Assembly: GCA_002245135.1 (NCBI GenBank)
Contig: NGBS01000886.1
Span: 1-64,000, forward strand
DNA: 64,000 bases
From: Proteromonas lacertae
Taxonomy: Eukaryota
Direction of reading: 5' to 3'
Part shown: in pieces, positions 1-12,778 of the stretch
Layout of the letters: every line of letters starts with the position of its first letter
Position numbering within the stretch: the stretch's first letter is position 1
The notes under the pieces: generated by a model
Told to the model about the DNA's origin: nothing
The model's database searches: none
Seen by the model: the letters and a program-made list of their open reading frames with translations, nothing else
Position numbers and translations under genes: made by a program

Positions 1-3000
1 TTGATGTAAGCACTAAATGTGAATGGTTAGAAGGAGTAAGTAAATCTTATCCATATTATCACATTATTTCTTATATGTCACTGATTCATATTTCCAACAT
101 TATTTGAATTATTATTTACTTTATAATAATATAATAAATGACTATATTAATATTAAAGAAGAATAAATGGAAGATTATTGAAAATGTCCACCAAAATATT
201 TTCAGCCATTGATGATATGAAAGAATATGTAAAAAGAATAGTGATGATCCAAACTTATTAGCTTATTTTACAACCACAAATGGACAAAGAGATGTTCTTG
301 CTCCAATATTAAAGAAACATGATAAATTGCTCTTTAGTATTCATCCAAGTGAAGGAATGAGATGTTATGAAAATATTGTTCAAGTTGGAAGATTTCCTAA
401 TCATTATGCATTTGCTTCAATAGCAACTGTTTGGCAATTTTCGCAATCAAAGACATTAGCTATTGTTATGTGTGATAATCCATTTTGTCATGGTGTTGGA
501 GAATCAATAGCTATTACAGCTGATACAATGAGAGATTTAAAGACTTCTAGATATTATTTGAATTCTACTTATTCGTTTGATAATATAACTGATTCAATGA
601 AAGATATTATCACTGATAGGTTGATGATATTTACTGTGTTAGGAAGTGAAACTACTGATTTTATAGAAATGTTGAATGAAAAGAATATGAAATCTGATAA
701 ATTTACCGTTATTAGTTTAGATGTATTAATTGAATGGGTAGATCCAGAAATATGGGAAGGACATGCATTCTTTGTTTCATATACAAAAGATAGTCAAACG
801 AATAGTGAAAATGAAAATTTTATATCAGAATTTACTGAAAGATTTGGTGATAATGATGATCTTTTGAATGAACACACTTTAAACATTTATACTGCTTTAA
901 TGATTCTGAAAAATGCATTTGCAAAAGCAAAAGATGAAACTTTTGATGAACTAAAAAGGCAAATTAAAGGTTTAGTTTTGAATTTACCAGTTGGAGAAAT
1001 AAAAGTAAGAGATGATATGATTTGTTCTAATTCTTATGTGTTAGTAAAAATTCAAAATGGAGAATACTATAAATTGTTGAAAACCATAAACCCAATGACT
1101 TTGACTTCATTTTTAGCTTATGTATATATATTTTTTTTTTTATTTGTTATAGAGAAATGATGGAGATACTTCAACATGTGAATTAGAAGAAACTGCCTCT
1201 GAATTATTAAACATAAATTTAGTTATTAATAGTAATGAGGAATCAATTCTGTTTTTGTTGGATTTGTATTTAGCCAATTATAATGAAAGAGATTATAATA
1301 TTGTATATAGATATTTATTGTTTATATTGCTTATTTAGGTATTAACAAAATATTATTGATGATTTTTGATCCTGAAAATATAACAACAGTAGTAATAACC
1401 TCATGTTCATTAGAGAAACAAAAACAATTCTTAACAGAAAAACAAGATTTGCTATTAATATCAATAATTGATAAAAGTGGAGATATATGTGATAATAGAA
1501 TGTATATTTTTATTCATTATTGTAATGTCTATAGAATGGAATTAGGTTCATTTCCAAATCAAAAGATTATCCCTTATATTGCCTATATATTAACTCATTA
1601 CACAACAGATGTGATGTTAATTACAAGTGTCAGTACATCAGAGAATGAATTGACTATGATAAAAGATACAATTTCCAGTTTAGGTGGTTATCTTAAGAAA
1701 CATAAAGTTGTGAATGAATCTGATACTGATTCTTTAGAAGATTCAATAACTGATTTTGTTAGCTCATATAGATTATACATACCCAATGGCGGTGTATTTT
1801 TAAATTATTTAACAAACCAGAAAAGTTATGAATTATTCTTCATTAAATATCAAAAGATATTCGGTACTGTTTACACTAGTTTAGAAGATGCTCATAAAGA
1901 TTTCCCAATATTTAGTTGGAGTATATTCCCAGATGTTGATAAAGTAAGAAATGTAGGTCAGTATTCGTTAGCATCATGTTACACTGATAAAAATACAGCT
2001 ACGAAGATATATAATATGGGAATCAATATGTTTGGTGAATCATATTCAATACCAAAAGTAGAAACAAGAGCAATCATTGCCTATGAATTATTAGTTGATG
2101 AATATACTGATACTGTAGATTTTAGTAATTTAGGAATTTACAAATATTTAAGCAATCATTCATTAACTACTTCGTTTGGCATAACAACAATGTCAAAAAC
2201 TGATACAAGTATTCCATTTCCATTTGTTGTCTTACAAAAGAATAAAGATGGATCATCCAATGTAGTATCAAATGTTACGAATAATTGGGAAGCTGAAGTA
2301 TATAGAAATCATTTTAATAGAGAAGAGTATAAAATTTGTTCAAGGTTCAATGGCACTGGTAATGAAATCACTTATGATTCAATTAGATTCTACTTTTTAA
2401 TATCCTTTACAGGAACTTTTTCATTTCTTCATCAGCTTTGCTTCTTAGTTATTTAGCTGCAGTTGATTATGTAAATGATCATTATAATGGAATACACAAC
2501 AAAATGATTTTACCAGTAATTCAAAATACAGAATCTGATAATGATATAGCAAAAGAGTTCATTAGAAAAGCTGTGAACGATACAGGAAACAGAGTGGTAT
2601 TTGGATTATCAAATTCAAAAATGAGAAGATATGTATTAGATGATTTACATGATAATGAATTGTTATTATTTTTTCCATATGCATTTGAAGGATATGAATG
2701 TAGTGAGAATGTAATATATATGAGAAATCCATTTACTGAATATATAACAATAATTGCATATTTTTATTTATCTGAAAAATCATTTGATGATATAATAGTA
2801 TTATATTCAGACACTTTAAAAGATTATGAAAATGCATTGAATCTTCAATATTTTCTAAAAGAGAAAGGAATAATAGTAAAGAATTTGATAAGATTACCAA
2901 CTTCAAATTATAAAATGGATGTAGTGATGAATATCATTGTGAGTAATATGAAGTCAGGATTGATTGTATCATTGTTAGAAGGATCAGCAGGAAAAGATTT

Positions 3001-6000
3001 ATTATTACAAATGAAAGAGAGTAATTATGATTCTAATACATATACAGTCGTATCATTTAATACAAAACTTACTGAAATTGATGATAATAAATATTGGAGT
3101 TGTTTGATGGACATTATTTTGTAGAAACACTTCAAAAGTCACATTTTAAGAATCAAGAAGTCTATAATATAGCAAAAGAAAAATATACATTTATTGATAA
3201 AGAACCATCCTCTTCAGGTTTATTATCTGTGATAATTGCTGCTAAAGCCTTAAATTCTATAAATTTTACTGAAGATACAGGTGAAGAAGGATTTGTTCCA
3301 TATTCATTTGAAGAATTATTGAATGCTGTTCATAATGTTAATTTAAGTGATATAATTGATGATACAATAGTAACTACAAATAATCAGTTATCATTGATAA
3401 GTGATTTAGTAAAAGTTCATTATCATACAAACAACAACAGTCATACTGTAGAAACAATTACTCATTTGAATGAATTGAATTATATTAATCCTTATTCTAC
3501 AAAATATAATAATGATGGAAATTTGTATTATTGTGAATGGAAGGTTGATAATAAAACAATAAGAGGTGATAAAATACCAAGATATAGTAAGAAAATAGCC
3601 TTTTTATATTCAATTACTGGTGATAATAAAAAGTATGAATTAAATGCAGTGGATATTGTAATAGCTACAATTAAGAATTTGAATAAAAGAGATGCTTTAA
3701 AAGGTACTTATTTAGATTATACAGTTTATGATACATCAAATTCTAATAATCTTAAATCAATTGGTGAAGAATTGGCTAAAGATGAAGATGTGATAATGAT
3801 AATTGGTTGTTCAGATACAAATTGTAAGAATGTAATAAATAAAGAGCTAATATCTGGAAAATCTAAAAAAGTATTGTGGTATCCATCATTATTTGAAGGT
3901 CAAGAGTGTGATAGTAATACTTATTATACTGGATTAGTTCCAAGTTTATTTACAAAACCATTATCAACATTTATAGATCAAGTTGAATCTGATAAGAAAA
4001 TATATTTCTTAGGAACAAGTGATGAAACCAATGAAATGATTCATCAGATATTGATTAATAATTATGAAGGGTTGTATACAATAATTGGAAATGATTTTGT
4101 AGAATCTGGTAAAGGTACAACTTATAGTTATGCAGATGAAATAGTAGGTAAATACATTGAAAATGGATGTATAATTATCATAACATTAGATGATGTTACT
4201 GCGATTGATTATATCAATTACTTTGATAGTTTAGTAGCTGATAAGTATCAAAAATTATCACTGAATAATAACAAAAGATTTCATATTATTTCAATTCAAA
4301 GTGATAGAGATTTAGTTCCTTCTTTAACATTATCAGGAAGTGTTAATGTTTATTTGACTGGTTCATATTATGACGAAATAAATTCAGAATGTAAATTCAG
4401 AACTAATATAGATGATTATTATGGTAAAAGTATAAAAGGAAATGAATTAGCACATAGTTCATATTTGGCTATAGTATATTGGTCAAATGCTGTATCAAAA
4501 ATAGATGGTGATTATACAAACAATGAATTATTGTCAAACCAACTGTATAGAGCCAGTCTTAAAGCTTGTAGTGGTATTACAATGATGTTTACTGATAATC
4601 ATCTTTCATTACCATTCTTTGTTATGCAAATTCTTAAAGATGGTAATAATTATGTTTTATCAAATGTATATGGTCAAACAAGAATACTTGAACCATTGGC
4701 ATATAGTTGGGATATACCTGAAACAAATGGTTTAGTGTGCGATTTTACTGATTCATCTGTTGGTTCTGGTAATGTAGTTCCAACTATTACAGTAGCTGTT
4801 GCTTTATCAGTATCTGGTAGATTAAGAGATACAGATAAATATGTTATGAATGTATTTGAATTAGTTTTAGATGCTTTAAATACAAATGATGGATTATTGG
4901 GCAAAAGAGTTACAGTACAAAGCTATGATATTCAATCAAGTGATATTGTATGTTATGAATTATTATCAAATTATTTAAAGCAAGTGAAAGAAGGTGTAAT
5001 ATTTTCAACTGCAGCTGATGGTTGTATTAGTTCATTAAGTCCATTATTGATAGAGAAAGATATTCTTTTATTCCAAATTGGTTATACAGGTGGTGAAAAA
5101 TGCTATAAGAATGTGTTTTATATGTTAAAAGAGCCAAGTTTTGTAAGTAGAGTGATTGATTATCTGATTGAACCAACAAAACCAGAAACATTACATTATT
5201 GCGTTTTAACTGCAAATGGTGATGCAGGAGTTAAATATGGAAGTTATATTAATAGTTACATGAGTATTATTGGTGGAATAGTTGATTATTCATCAAGTGG
5301 ATTAGCATTATCTGAAGATGGTTCTGATACAACAATTTCCTCAGAACTTGAAGATATTGTGAAAGGATTAGTTACAGCAACTCCTACATATGGATGTTAT
5401 ATATTGTTTATAGCTGATTCTATTATACATGTTCAAGTTGATAAACTATTGGATAAATATACAAAGGATAGTAATAGTAGAGATAAATACACAATAATTT
5501 CATTGAATACTGCTTCAAATGCAGCATATAGAGGTGCAAAACCATTTTATTCAGTTGAAACATATTTTACTAATTTAGACAATCCAGAGAATGAAATAAT
5601 GAAAGAAGAAATATTATCTGTTACTAATTTTGTTACTGAAGTAATGTACACAGCTTATATATCTAGTAAGATATTTATATATGCTGCTGAAAGTGTAAAA
5701 AGTGTAAAAGGACAATTGGTGAGTAAAAAATTATATGAATTAAATTATAAATCTCCTAGTGGTGGAAGATTAACAATGGGAGATGATAATTATATAAATC
5801 AATATATGTTATTTGGTAAAATGATAGAGAATGATGATGAATATGGGTTTGAATTGATAATGAGTTCTACTACAGTTATAGAATCTCAAGCTTACAAGGA
5901 TTGGGTGAATGATGCAAAATATGTATGTAAATTAAGTGGTGATATAGCTTATGATAAATTTAGAGAATCATCAATAACAATTGGTATATTAACATCATTC

Positions 6001-9000
6001 AGTGGCAAATACAATACAACCGAAAGATCAATAACAAGAGGTATTATCCAAGCTGTAGATGAGATTAATAATAGTGGCGGAATAATAGGTAGGAAAATTA
6101 CAATGTTAATAAGAGATGCACAATCAGAGATAGAAAGATATGTTTATTACGCTGAAGAATTCTGTAGACTTTCTGAAGTAAGTGTAGTATTTGGTGGAGG
6201 TGGAAATTCATTAATTAGTAGTTCAGTATATGAGATTTTTGAAAATAATAAGAAATTATTCTTCTATAATGGTTTAACACCAACAGAATCATGTCCAAAA
6301 TATACGATGTCAACTCAAATTACTAGTGAACAATTAATGAAAAGTGCTTGGAAATATATATTACCTAATATGAATCATTTATATATTATTCAAGATGATG
6401 AACTATTTAGTTCTCAGTTTTCAAGAAGTATGTTGATATTGAGTGATACTATAAAATTACAAACACATGTTTATAATCTTAGTAGTTTAAATGATTCTTA
6501 TATTCCAGATGATTTTGATATTGAAAGTTTAGATAAAGATTCAGTTATATTTTTAAGTGTGATTAAAGAAAATAATGTTCAAGCGTTTAATTGGTTGTGT
6601 AAACAGAATATAAATATGACAAAAACATATGTTGTATCAATTTCTTTAGATAGATATTTAATGGAATATATCCCTGCAAAATGTCTAGCTGATAGTTATA
6701 TATTAACTGCCTTTATTAAAGAAATGGGTTTAGAAACATCTGATACAATGACATATAAATCTACAAGTAAATCATTTATTGAAGCGATGAATGATCGTTA
6801 TGGTGAAAACTCAATTATTACATCAGAAACTGAGAATGGATATATAAGTGTAACATTATGGTCAAATATAATTACATCTTATACAAAATCGTTTGATAAT
6901 GTCAAGATTAGAAGCGCTTTGTATGGTTACTCATCAGTAGGTCCATCAGGAACAATTGAAATGAGTACTGATGGTTTTGCCAATAGAATAATATATTTAG
7001 TGAAAGTGTCAAATGATCTTAGTTTATCTGTGGTTGATTATGCATCTCAGCCTGAAGCTGCTGATGCTTGGAATGATATATTCCCTGAGAATGAAGGATA
7101 TAAATGTGATTGGACAATTGAAACATCTTCATCATCATCAAGGTTATTAGATGAAGAAGATTACACAAGATATAGACCAAAATCACTAAAGTTAGTATTT
7201 TTCCATGATACAACAGGAACTAGAAGTGTAGAAGTAAACTCAATGTTAACGGAATATTCGCTAGTTCAAGAAATAAACACAAATGGAGGAATAAATGGTT
7301 ATTTATTAATCCCTGAATTCATATTTGGTAGTAGTTTAGATGAATTTAGTAATTTAACAAGTAGATATATTGATGATGATGAAGTGGTTTCTTTCTTTGG
7401 TTGTAGTAGTGATAGTTGTAAGATAAATGCCCAAAATACTGCTGATAAAACACATAAACAATGGGTTTCTTATTCACTAACACATGGTGATAGTTGTAAT
7501 GGAAATCATATGGAAAGTGGTTCAACATTGTCACAAAAGTTTCTGTCAGTAGAGTATTATTTACATGAAAATATACCTGATTTGAGTTGTTTGATATTTG
7601 TAGGAGATGATTCAAAATTAATGGATAATTATTTCGATGTAATATATTATTATGTTAGAGAACATTATAAAGACAATAAAAATACTATTATAAAATTAGT
7701 TATAAATTCTGATAGCATTAATTCTTCAATAGAAGAGGCAATAAAGTCAATTCAGAAAAAGAAAGATGAATACAATAGAGTAGCTGTTCTATACTTTTTA
7801 GAGGGAGAAATTAATAATAGATTCATATCACAATATATTGCTAATGATTTAAATAGTCGTGAAGTGTTAATTATTATAATGAATTATGTTGAAAATGATT
7901 ATACAAGTGAAACACTTTCTTCAATTTATGGATCTTATGTTGTTTCATCCTTTAGTAGTTCAATTACCACATCATTTGCACAATCATTTATAACTACATC
8001 TCAAGGTGCAATTGGTATAAATAAAGATATAAATGAAAGAATAGAAGCAATAAAAGACGCAATAATGTTGTGGGAAGAAATATATAATAAAGCTGTTGCA
8101 GATTCAAAACAAATAATACCACCACTTAGATATCTCCAACTATCAGCTGTTGGAACAGAAATAAAATCACCATCTGGTAGTGTAAAAGTGGAAGAATCAT
8201 TATATGTTTCAAGAAATTCTTATATATTTGAGATTAATAGAAATGCCAAGTTTATTCAAGTTTTCCCTGCAAGAGGATCAGAATATGTTTTTAATGCTGA
8301 GCCATATCCAGAAGGATTACCAGATGAATGCAAGTTTGGTAAAACACAATTATTCCATAAATATAATTCTGTTATTCTAGGAATCGCATATTTATTATTT
8401 GGTATTTCATTAACATTGAGTATAAGTAGTGTTGTATTTGTAAAGATTCATGAAAGACAAATAGTGATAAAAACGTTGGGAAGAGCACATAATTATAGTT
8501 TGGCAGTAGCTTTAATGATACTTTCATTTTCATCAATACCAATTTATCAATACCCATCATCATCAAATGGTATTTGTGTTTTAAGAGTAATTGTTTTGAG
8601 TATTGGTGCAAAAAGTGTAATATCTGTTATGTTAGCTACAGAATCAAAATTGTTTAAAAAGAGTCTAACAAAACAATCACATATAAAGAAAACTAAAATA
8701 TCAATTTTGAGAGTATTATCTTTTTGGGCTAGCTTTATGGTTCTTGAAGTTCTTGTTATACTATTATGGTTTTTAATTGATCCAAATGATTATATGACTG
8801 CATTTAACACATCTGAAAGTGATTATTTCAGTGATGTTTATGTAAGAGAATGTTCAATATCAACTCCATTCATTATAATTGAAATGATAAGTGACTTTTT
8901 GCCTGCTTTAGCATTATTAGTAATGACTAATGTCACTAGACATTTAAACAACACATTCCATGATACATTAGGATTAAATATTTCATCAGTTGTTGTAATT

Positions 9001-9339
9001 GTTTTAGGTGGTATAATGGTATTATTAGACTTTAATATCAATAATGATCCAGATTCAGTATTGTTATTAAGGTCAATGGGTATAAATTTAACTGCAATTA
9101 TTATTGTGTTATTACAATATGGAATAAAAGTTGTTAGTGTCTATTTTGATGAAGATGCTAAGAATGTAACATCAAGTGGATCAGCTGGTGTTACAGGAGG
9201 TAGTGCTTCAATAGGAGCAAGCGTTAAATCATCTTCGCTATCTTCTCATGGAACATTGAGTAGTATGATGTTTGTATCTAATAAGACAAAGACTTTTATT
9301 ACTCAAACTCAAATGAGTAAAATGAAACATATTCAATAA
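1..9339 (+). CDS. Giant class C (7tm_3) GPCR-like receptor with at least 7 tandem UrtA/AmiC-like periplasmic-binding (Venus-flytrap) domains; 5' end lies outside the window
   Basis: ORFs 327-1160, 1356-2456, 2438-3124 and 3094-9339 are collinear parts of one repeat protein. Introns at 1122-1152, 1303-1338 and 1502-1534; 1-nt frameshifts near 1302, 2438 and 3093. Repeats carry UrtA-like motifs (IGILTSFSG...AVDEINNSGGIIGRKI; LWYPSLFEGQECDSNTYYTG). The C-terminus (~8370-9140) has seven hydrophobic segments with class C marks (H...VIK, C..R, WFLIDP, TRHLNNTFHDT). Confidence 0.85.
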
Positions 9340-9458
9340 CTAAATATTATCACTTTTTATTATTAAATAATCCTATTATTTTTTGAATGTGTTTTTATTC
9401 AGTTAATAATATTTTTGAGTTTAAAAGAAGAGTATGAAATTAATAATTAACAATTATA

Positions 9459-10248
9459 TTAATTAAATAAATGGTTAGGTGTTGGTAAATTATATTCTTC
9501 CATAATTGCATTGTTATTATTTTGAACAGTATTAATATTAGGAGGAATATAATACGTCTGTTGTTGTGGAATATAATAATACACTTGCTGAGGCTGTTGT
9601 TGTTGTTGCATTTGCTCAATATTACTACTTTTATCGTTTTTATTAAGTAGATTCTCATCAATATCAGTATTCTTTTTGTTAATATACTTTGTATATTTAT
9701 ATGATAAATATACTACTACTACTATAACGACCAACAAAAATATTACTGAAGCAGCAATTATTATTCCTGTTAAGTTGGTATTTGAAGAATCACTGTAGAA
9801 TGGAGTAGTTCTTTGCTGAATTTTACTAATTCTCTTACCACTTATAATTGCACAACCAAAATAGTTTGGATTAACATATAACATATAGAAATTATCAATA
9901 TAAATTCCATTACAATCTAAAAGGTATGAATCCTTGGTATTATTAAAATCTGTTTTAGTAATTTCTACATTTGACATTGTACATACAAGTTTACTGATCT
10001 TTTTCTTTAATTCATTACACTCGTCTTTATCTGGAAAATTAATTAAACCATAAACATTATATGCGCCATCCGACCGCTTCAAAATTTAAATTGTCTAATA
10101 TCATAAAACTAGAACCATGATCTTTATATTTCTCTTCTATAACTAAATAATATATATTAATCATACCATCATCATTTAATTTGTCGATTTCTTTATTTGG
10201 AGAGACAAATGATAAACACAGCAAGAAAGAAAAGAAAAAGAAATTCAT
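9459..10248 (-). CDS. Type I membrane protein: signal peptide, small Cys-containing ectodomain, TM helix, Gln/Pro/Tyr-rich tail; apparent +1 frameshift near 10060-10085
   Basis: ORF 10057-10248 (MNFFFFSFLLCLSFVS signal) overlaps ORF 9459-10082 (TM GIIIAASVIFLLVVIVVVVYL; tail QQPQQVYYYIP). Homologous to the adjacent + strand gene. Confidence 0.7.
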
Positions 10249-10252
10249 TTAA

Positions 10253-10267
10253 AAAATATATTCGTTT
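10253..10267 (-). promoter_or_regulatory. AAACGNNTATATTTT core-promoter-like motif (AAACGAATATATTTT)
   Basis: Sense orientation, 4 nt before ATG 10248. An identical 17-mer lies at 49644-49660. Confidence 0.55.
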
Positions 10268-10283
10268 CAAAACAACAGAAACA

Positions 10284-11452
10284 ATGTCTTTAATAGCTTA
10301 TTTGATGTTAATATATTATTCATTCGGATATAAATCTAATCAAGTTCATAGTGTTAGTGTAAGAATGATAGAGAGTATAGATTATTAAGATTATTAATTC
10401 TTAAATAGATTTTAATTCATCACATACTATAAATAGAGGAAAAGACAGATACTGAAAGAAAATCTATATTCTAATTTTCGATATACGTTAGATCTTTCAG
10501 ATTTATATTTTCTCGTTTGATAAATCATCTTTATTAAAAGCATATGGTACTATATATCCAGTTCCTCAGAGTAATTATGAATCAGATACAAATATTAAAA
10601 CAATTTCTTGCATTGTTTCAAAAATCAGTATTTCTGCTGATGGATTTGGTGGAACAAATCCATTAACTTCATTTGACTGTAGCGGTACTATTATAAATGC
10701 TGAAGCAAAATTTGCATACCCAAATTATTTTTCTTGTGCTATTTTTGATAGTAATGATAATATGGTTTCTTTTGGTTCAATAAAAACAAATTATTATGAT
10801 AAAGACACAGATAATGATCATCATAATGGTGACAGTGATGATCATGGATGGTAGTGGAGGTAAATCGTTTGCTTCTGGTGGATATTATATAGTATTCATA
10901 GTAATAGCAATAATTATGTGCAGTATTGCTTGTTGTTGTTATAGACGATTTCATAAAAGGAATAAAGTGAATAGTGAAGTTCAAATGGCTTCTCAATCGA
11001 TAGTAGGACAGAATCAACAACAACAACCAATAGTAAATGCAATTCCTGTTCAACCTTATCAACCAAATGATGATAAGAATAATAATGGCAATGTTCCAGT
11101 TCAAGGAATTCCGTATAATCCACAACAACAACAGCCTTATTATCCTAATCCTAATGGTGAACAACCACAACCACAGATATTTTATCCAAATAGTCAACAA
11201 CCACAACAACCACAACAACCATATTATCCCAATCCCAATGATCTACAACAGCCACAAGTGATTTATTATTATATTCCATCAGCAGCTGTTGGAACAAGTG
11301 AACTACCAATAGGGGTTGATCCTCTGCCAATTGGAGTTCAAACTCCACCAATTTCATCTTCAAATTTAGTTCAGAATAATATTGATCCAAATAATTCATC
11401 GCATAATAATTATTATCTTCCTTCTTCACAAACAACTCCACCAATACAATAA
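10284..11452 (+). CDS. Paralog of 9459-10248; type I membrane protein carrying about 3 apparent frameshifts (assembly errors or pseudogene)
   Basis: ATG 10284 (MSLIAYLMLIYYSFG); probable intron 10375-10408. An open frame at 10492-10854, absent from the ORF track, encodes KAYGTIYP...IKTISCIVSKISIS...DCSGTII...YPNYFSCAIF. It then shifts into ORF 10796-11452 (TM, CCCYRR, QQPQVIYYYIP). Confidence 0.65.
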
Positions 11453-11606
11453 CCTATTATTTAATATAAATTTGTTATTATTTTAATGTATTTCTTTTCT
11501 TTTGAAGTAATATTTTGTATTTTTTGTAAGCTACATAGGTGTATTAAATAAATTACAAAAATGGTAATAATGAATGTAAATTACCATATTAATGTAATTT
11601 TATGAA

Positions 11607-12739
11607 ATGGAAGATGAAGAAGGAATTGCTCAAGCAGCAAAGCTAATAAAAGAGTGTGATATACTTTTATTTATTACTGGAGCAGGTTGGTCCGCTGATT
11701 CAAAGCTGCCTGTGTATAAAGACGTTGCAAGTATAAATATGAAGTATGAGTTTATAGAAAATGAAATTTATGCGAATCAGAATATAACTTATTATGATTT
11801 ATGTAAAGAAGAAATGGTATTTCATATTTTTAATTATAGATTAGTATATAGATAAACCTGACCTATATTGGGGATTTTGGGGTAGTTGCTATGATGATTA
11901 TCACAATGCTATACTACATCATGGATATGATGTTTTGAAAGAGTGGAATGAAAATGTATTTCAAAAGAAAGATAAAATCAAAAAAGAATTAGGAAAACAT
12001 ATAACCAATATTTGGAAAGAAAAAATGAATAAGAATAGAAGACATTATGATAAATTATACTATCATTATAAAGAAGATTATGAATCTTTTTCATCTCCTT
12101 TATTTTTATTAACATCTAATGTTGATCATCATTTTTATAATTATGGATTTGATTCAAAGTTAATTTATGAAATACACGGTAACTGTGATTATATTCAATG
12201 TGGTAATGAAAAATGTACAAATATGAAACCGTGGTTAATACAACCACCAAATATTCGGTTTAATGTTCCAAAAGATACATTCATTATATAATGTAAATTA
12301 CAGTGAAGATAATAAAATATTATTTTGTCAAAAATGTGGTAATTTAGGTAGACCAAATGTAATGATGTTTGATGATACCACTTATTGTCATAATACAATT
12401 GCGTATAAAACATATAAGCTGTGGGAGTTAGGTGTGGAAGAATTGATGAAAAACAATGATAATATTTCTGTTGTTATATTAGAAATTGGTTGTGGAAATA
12501 GAGTTCCAACGTTAAGAATGGAGAGTGAAGATATAATGGAATCTATTTTATCAAAAGAAGATGGATTTCAACCACAATACACTGATGATGGAAGATCAAG
12601 AATAAAAACAATAAGAGTGAATTTAGAAGAATGTTATTGTGATGATAATTGTGTACATGGCAATTATTTGTGTATAAAAGACACAGCATTGCATTTTATG
12701 GAAAGAGTTGATTCATTACTCACAGATTGGAAGAAGTAG
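11607..12739 (+). CDS. Sir2-family NAD-dependent deacylase (sirtuin)
   Basis: Motifs TGAGWSADS, TSNVD, EIHG, Zn-binding C..C...CQKC, RPNVMMF, EIGCGNRVPTLR. Introns 11731-11757 (27 nt) and 11817-11844 (28 nt). Apparent +1 frameshift, or a cryptic intron, near 12260-12290. Confidence 0.9.
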
Positions 12740-12778
12740 ACAAAATTAATAATTTAAAATGAATAATAAAATAAAAAA

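Noticed and set aside
3099..3124. A 26-nt GT-AG intron that would repair the GPCR frame
   Set aside because: It would delete LFDGHYF, which is homologous to other repeats, and its GTTG donor does not match the local GTAT consensus.
10057..12291. Euplotes-like stop-codon-coupled +1 frameshifting: two shifts share ATA TAA TGT (10057 on -, 12289 on +)
   Set aside because: Other shifts have different contexts and signs. At 3093, homology places the shift well before the stop. The motif is likely by chance in AT-rich DNA, and indel error is simpler.
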